From positions 329,592,001 to 329,656,000 of the forward strand of contig NC_091283.1 of the NCBI RefSeq assembly GCF_032444005.1: a stretch of DNA of 64,000 nucleotides. The letters run 5' to 3'. Shown here in pieces: positions 62,800 through 64,000 of this stretch. Below the pieces are notes generated by a model. The model had not been told where the DNA came from and did no database searches. It was given only the letters and a program-made list of their open reading frames with translations. The translations under genes and the position numbers were made by a program. The DNA is from Ranitomeya imitator (taxonomy: Eukaryota). Each line of letters opens with the position of its first letter. The first letter of the stretch is position 1.

Positions 62800-63233
62800 G
62801 CACAGCCCATAAAGCAAATAACACAGCCCACATAGTATATAGCACAGCTACATAGTATATAACAGCCCATATAGTATATAGCACAGCCCAGGTAGTATAT
62901 AGCTGTGTGGGCACCATATCCCTTTAAAAAAAAGAATTAAAATAAAAAATAGTTATATACTCACCTTTTGGCGGCCCCCGGATCCAGCCCAGGCCTTTAG
63001 CGATGCTCCCACCAAGTCCGTTCCCAGTGATGCTTTGCGGCAATAACCCGTGATGATGTAGCGGTCTTGCGAGACCGCAAAGTCATCTGGGGTCATTACC
63101 GCAAAGCATTACTGGGACCGGAGCATCACGAGGAGCGGGAAAAGCTGCCGTAGATGCCGGGAGGTGAGAATATCACGGGTGTTTAAATCCCGCCCCAATC
63201 AATCAGCGACGTGGGATTTCCATTACAGACAAA

Positions 63234-63370
63234 NNNNNNNNNNNNNNNNNNNNNNNNNNNNNNNNNNNNNNNNNNNNNNNNNNNNNNNNNNNNNNNNNNN
63301 NNNNNNNNNNNNNNNNNNNNNNNNNNNNNNNNNNNNNNNNNNNNNNNNNNNNNNNNNNNNNNNNNNNNNN
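63234..63370. other. Assembly gap (run of N)
   Basis: Directly visible. Confidence 1.
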
Positions 63371-63970
63371 ATATCTCTGAAGTTCCAAGCAATACATTTT
63401 GTATTTATTTTCTGAATATGAGAAATGGTCAAAATAACAAAAAAAAGCATTGCTTGCAGACCTCAAATAATGTAAAAAAAAACAAGTTGATAATCATTTA
63501 CAAACAACAATACTAATGTTTTAACTCGGGAAGAGCTCAGAAATCAATATTTTGTGGAATAACTATGATTTTTAATCACAGCTTTCATGCTTTCCACCAG
63601 TCTTTCACACTGCTTTGGGTGACCTTATGCCACTCCTGGTACAAAAATATAAGCAGTTCTTTGTATGATAGCTTGTGACTATCCATCTTCCTCTTGATTA
63701 CATTCCAGAGGTTTTCAATGGGGTTCAGATGTGGAGATTGGGCTGGCCATGACAGGTATTTGATGTGGTGGTCCTACATCCACACCTTGATTGACCTAGC
63801 TGTGTGGCATGGCGCATTGTCCTGCTGGAAAAAAAAACAGTCCTCAGAGTTGGGGAACATTGCCTGAGCAGGAAAAATCAATTGTTTTTTTTAGGACAAC
63901 CTTGTATGCGGCTTGATTCATACATCCTTCGCAAAGATTAACCTGCCCAATTCCAGCCTTACTGAAGCAT
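63371..63970 (-). mobile_element. Second Tc1-like copy (fragment)
   Basis: Co-linear with 38290-38449 plus 39731-40130 and lacks the piggyBac-like insertion. Confidence 0.88.
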
Positions 63971-64000
63971 AAAAATTATATATGACATTAAAATCTAATA

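Noticed and set aside
63164-63516. ORFs spanning the N run
   Set aside because: Artefacts of the assembly gap.

Overview
Eukaryotic, repeat-dense DNA, most likely from a frog (inferred from the FAX/KRAB-like zinc-finger gene type and the transposon families). There is one credible host gene: a + strand C2H2 zinc-finger gene of the Xenopus XlCOF/XlCGF (FAX/KRAB-like) type, with six coding exons (11030-23285, about 671 aa, 12 canonical fingers) and an open spliced reading frame. Almost everything else is transposable element: a full-length but decayed L1 with an 18-bp TSD, four DIRS-type tyrosine-recombinase retroelements, two chromodomain Ty3/Gypsy elements with paired LTRs, CR1, L2, V-SINE, Penelope and Tc1 copies, and many MITEs (Harbinger-, piggyBac-, Kolobok/T2-, hAT- and Tc2-like), often nested. 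The most interesting observations are: (1) co-varying self-priming (Tf1-like) signatures in both Gypsy elements; (2) a positionally conserved putative spliceosomal intron in ORF1 of two divergent DIRS elements, both lying in sense orientation inside the ZNF intron; (3) a 1.15-kb fold-back concatemer of a 411-bp unit with a 14-bp TSD inside an LTR; (4) an L1 without a poly(A) tail inserted at the terminus of another transposon. All coordinates and comparisons were made by eye; no alignments or database searches were run.
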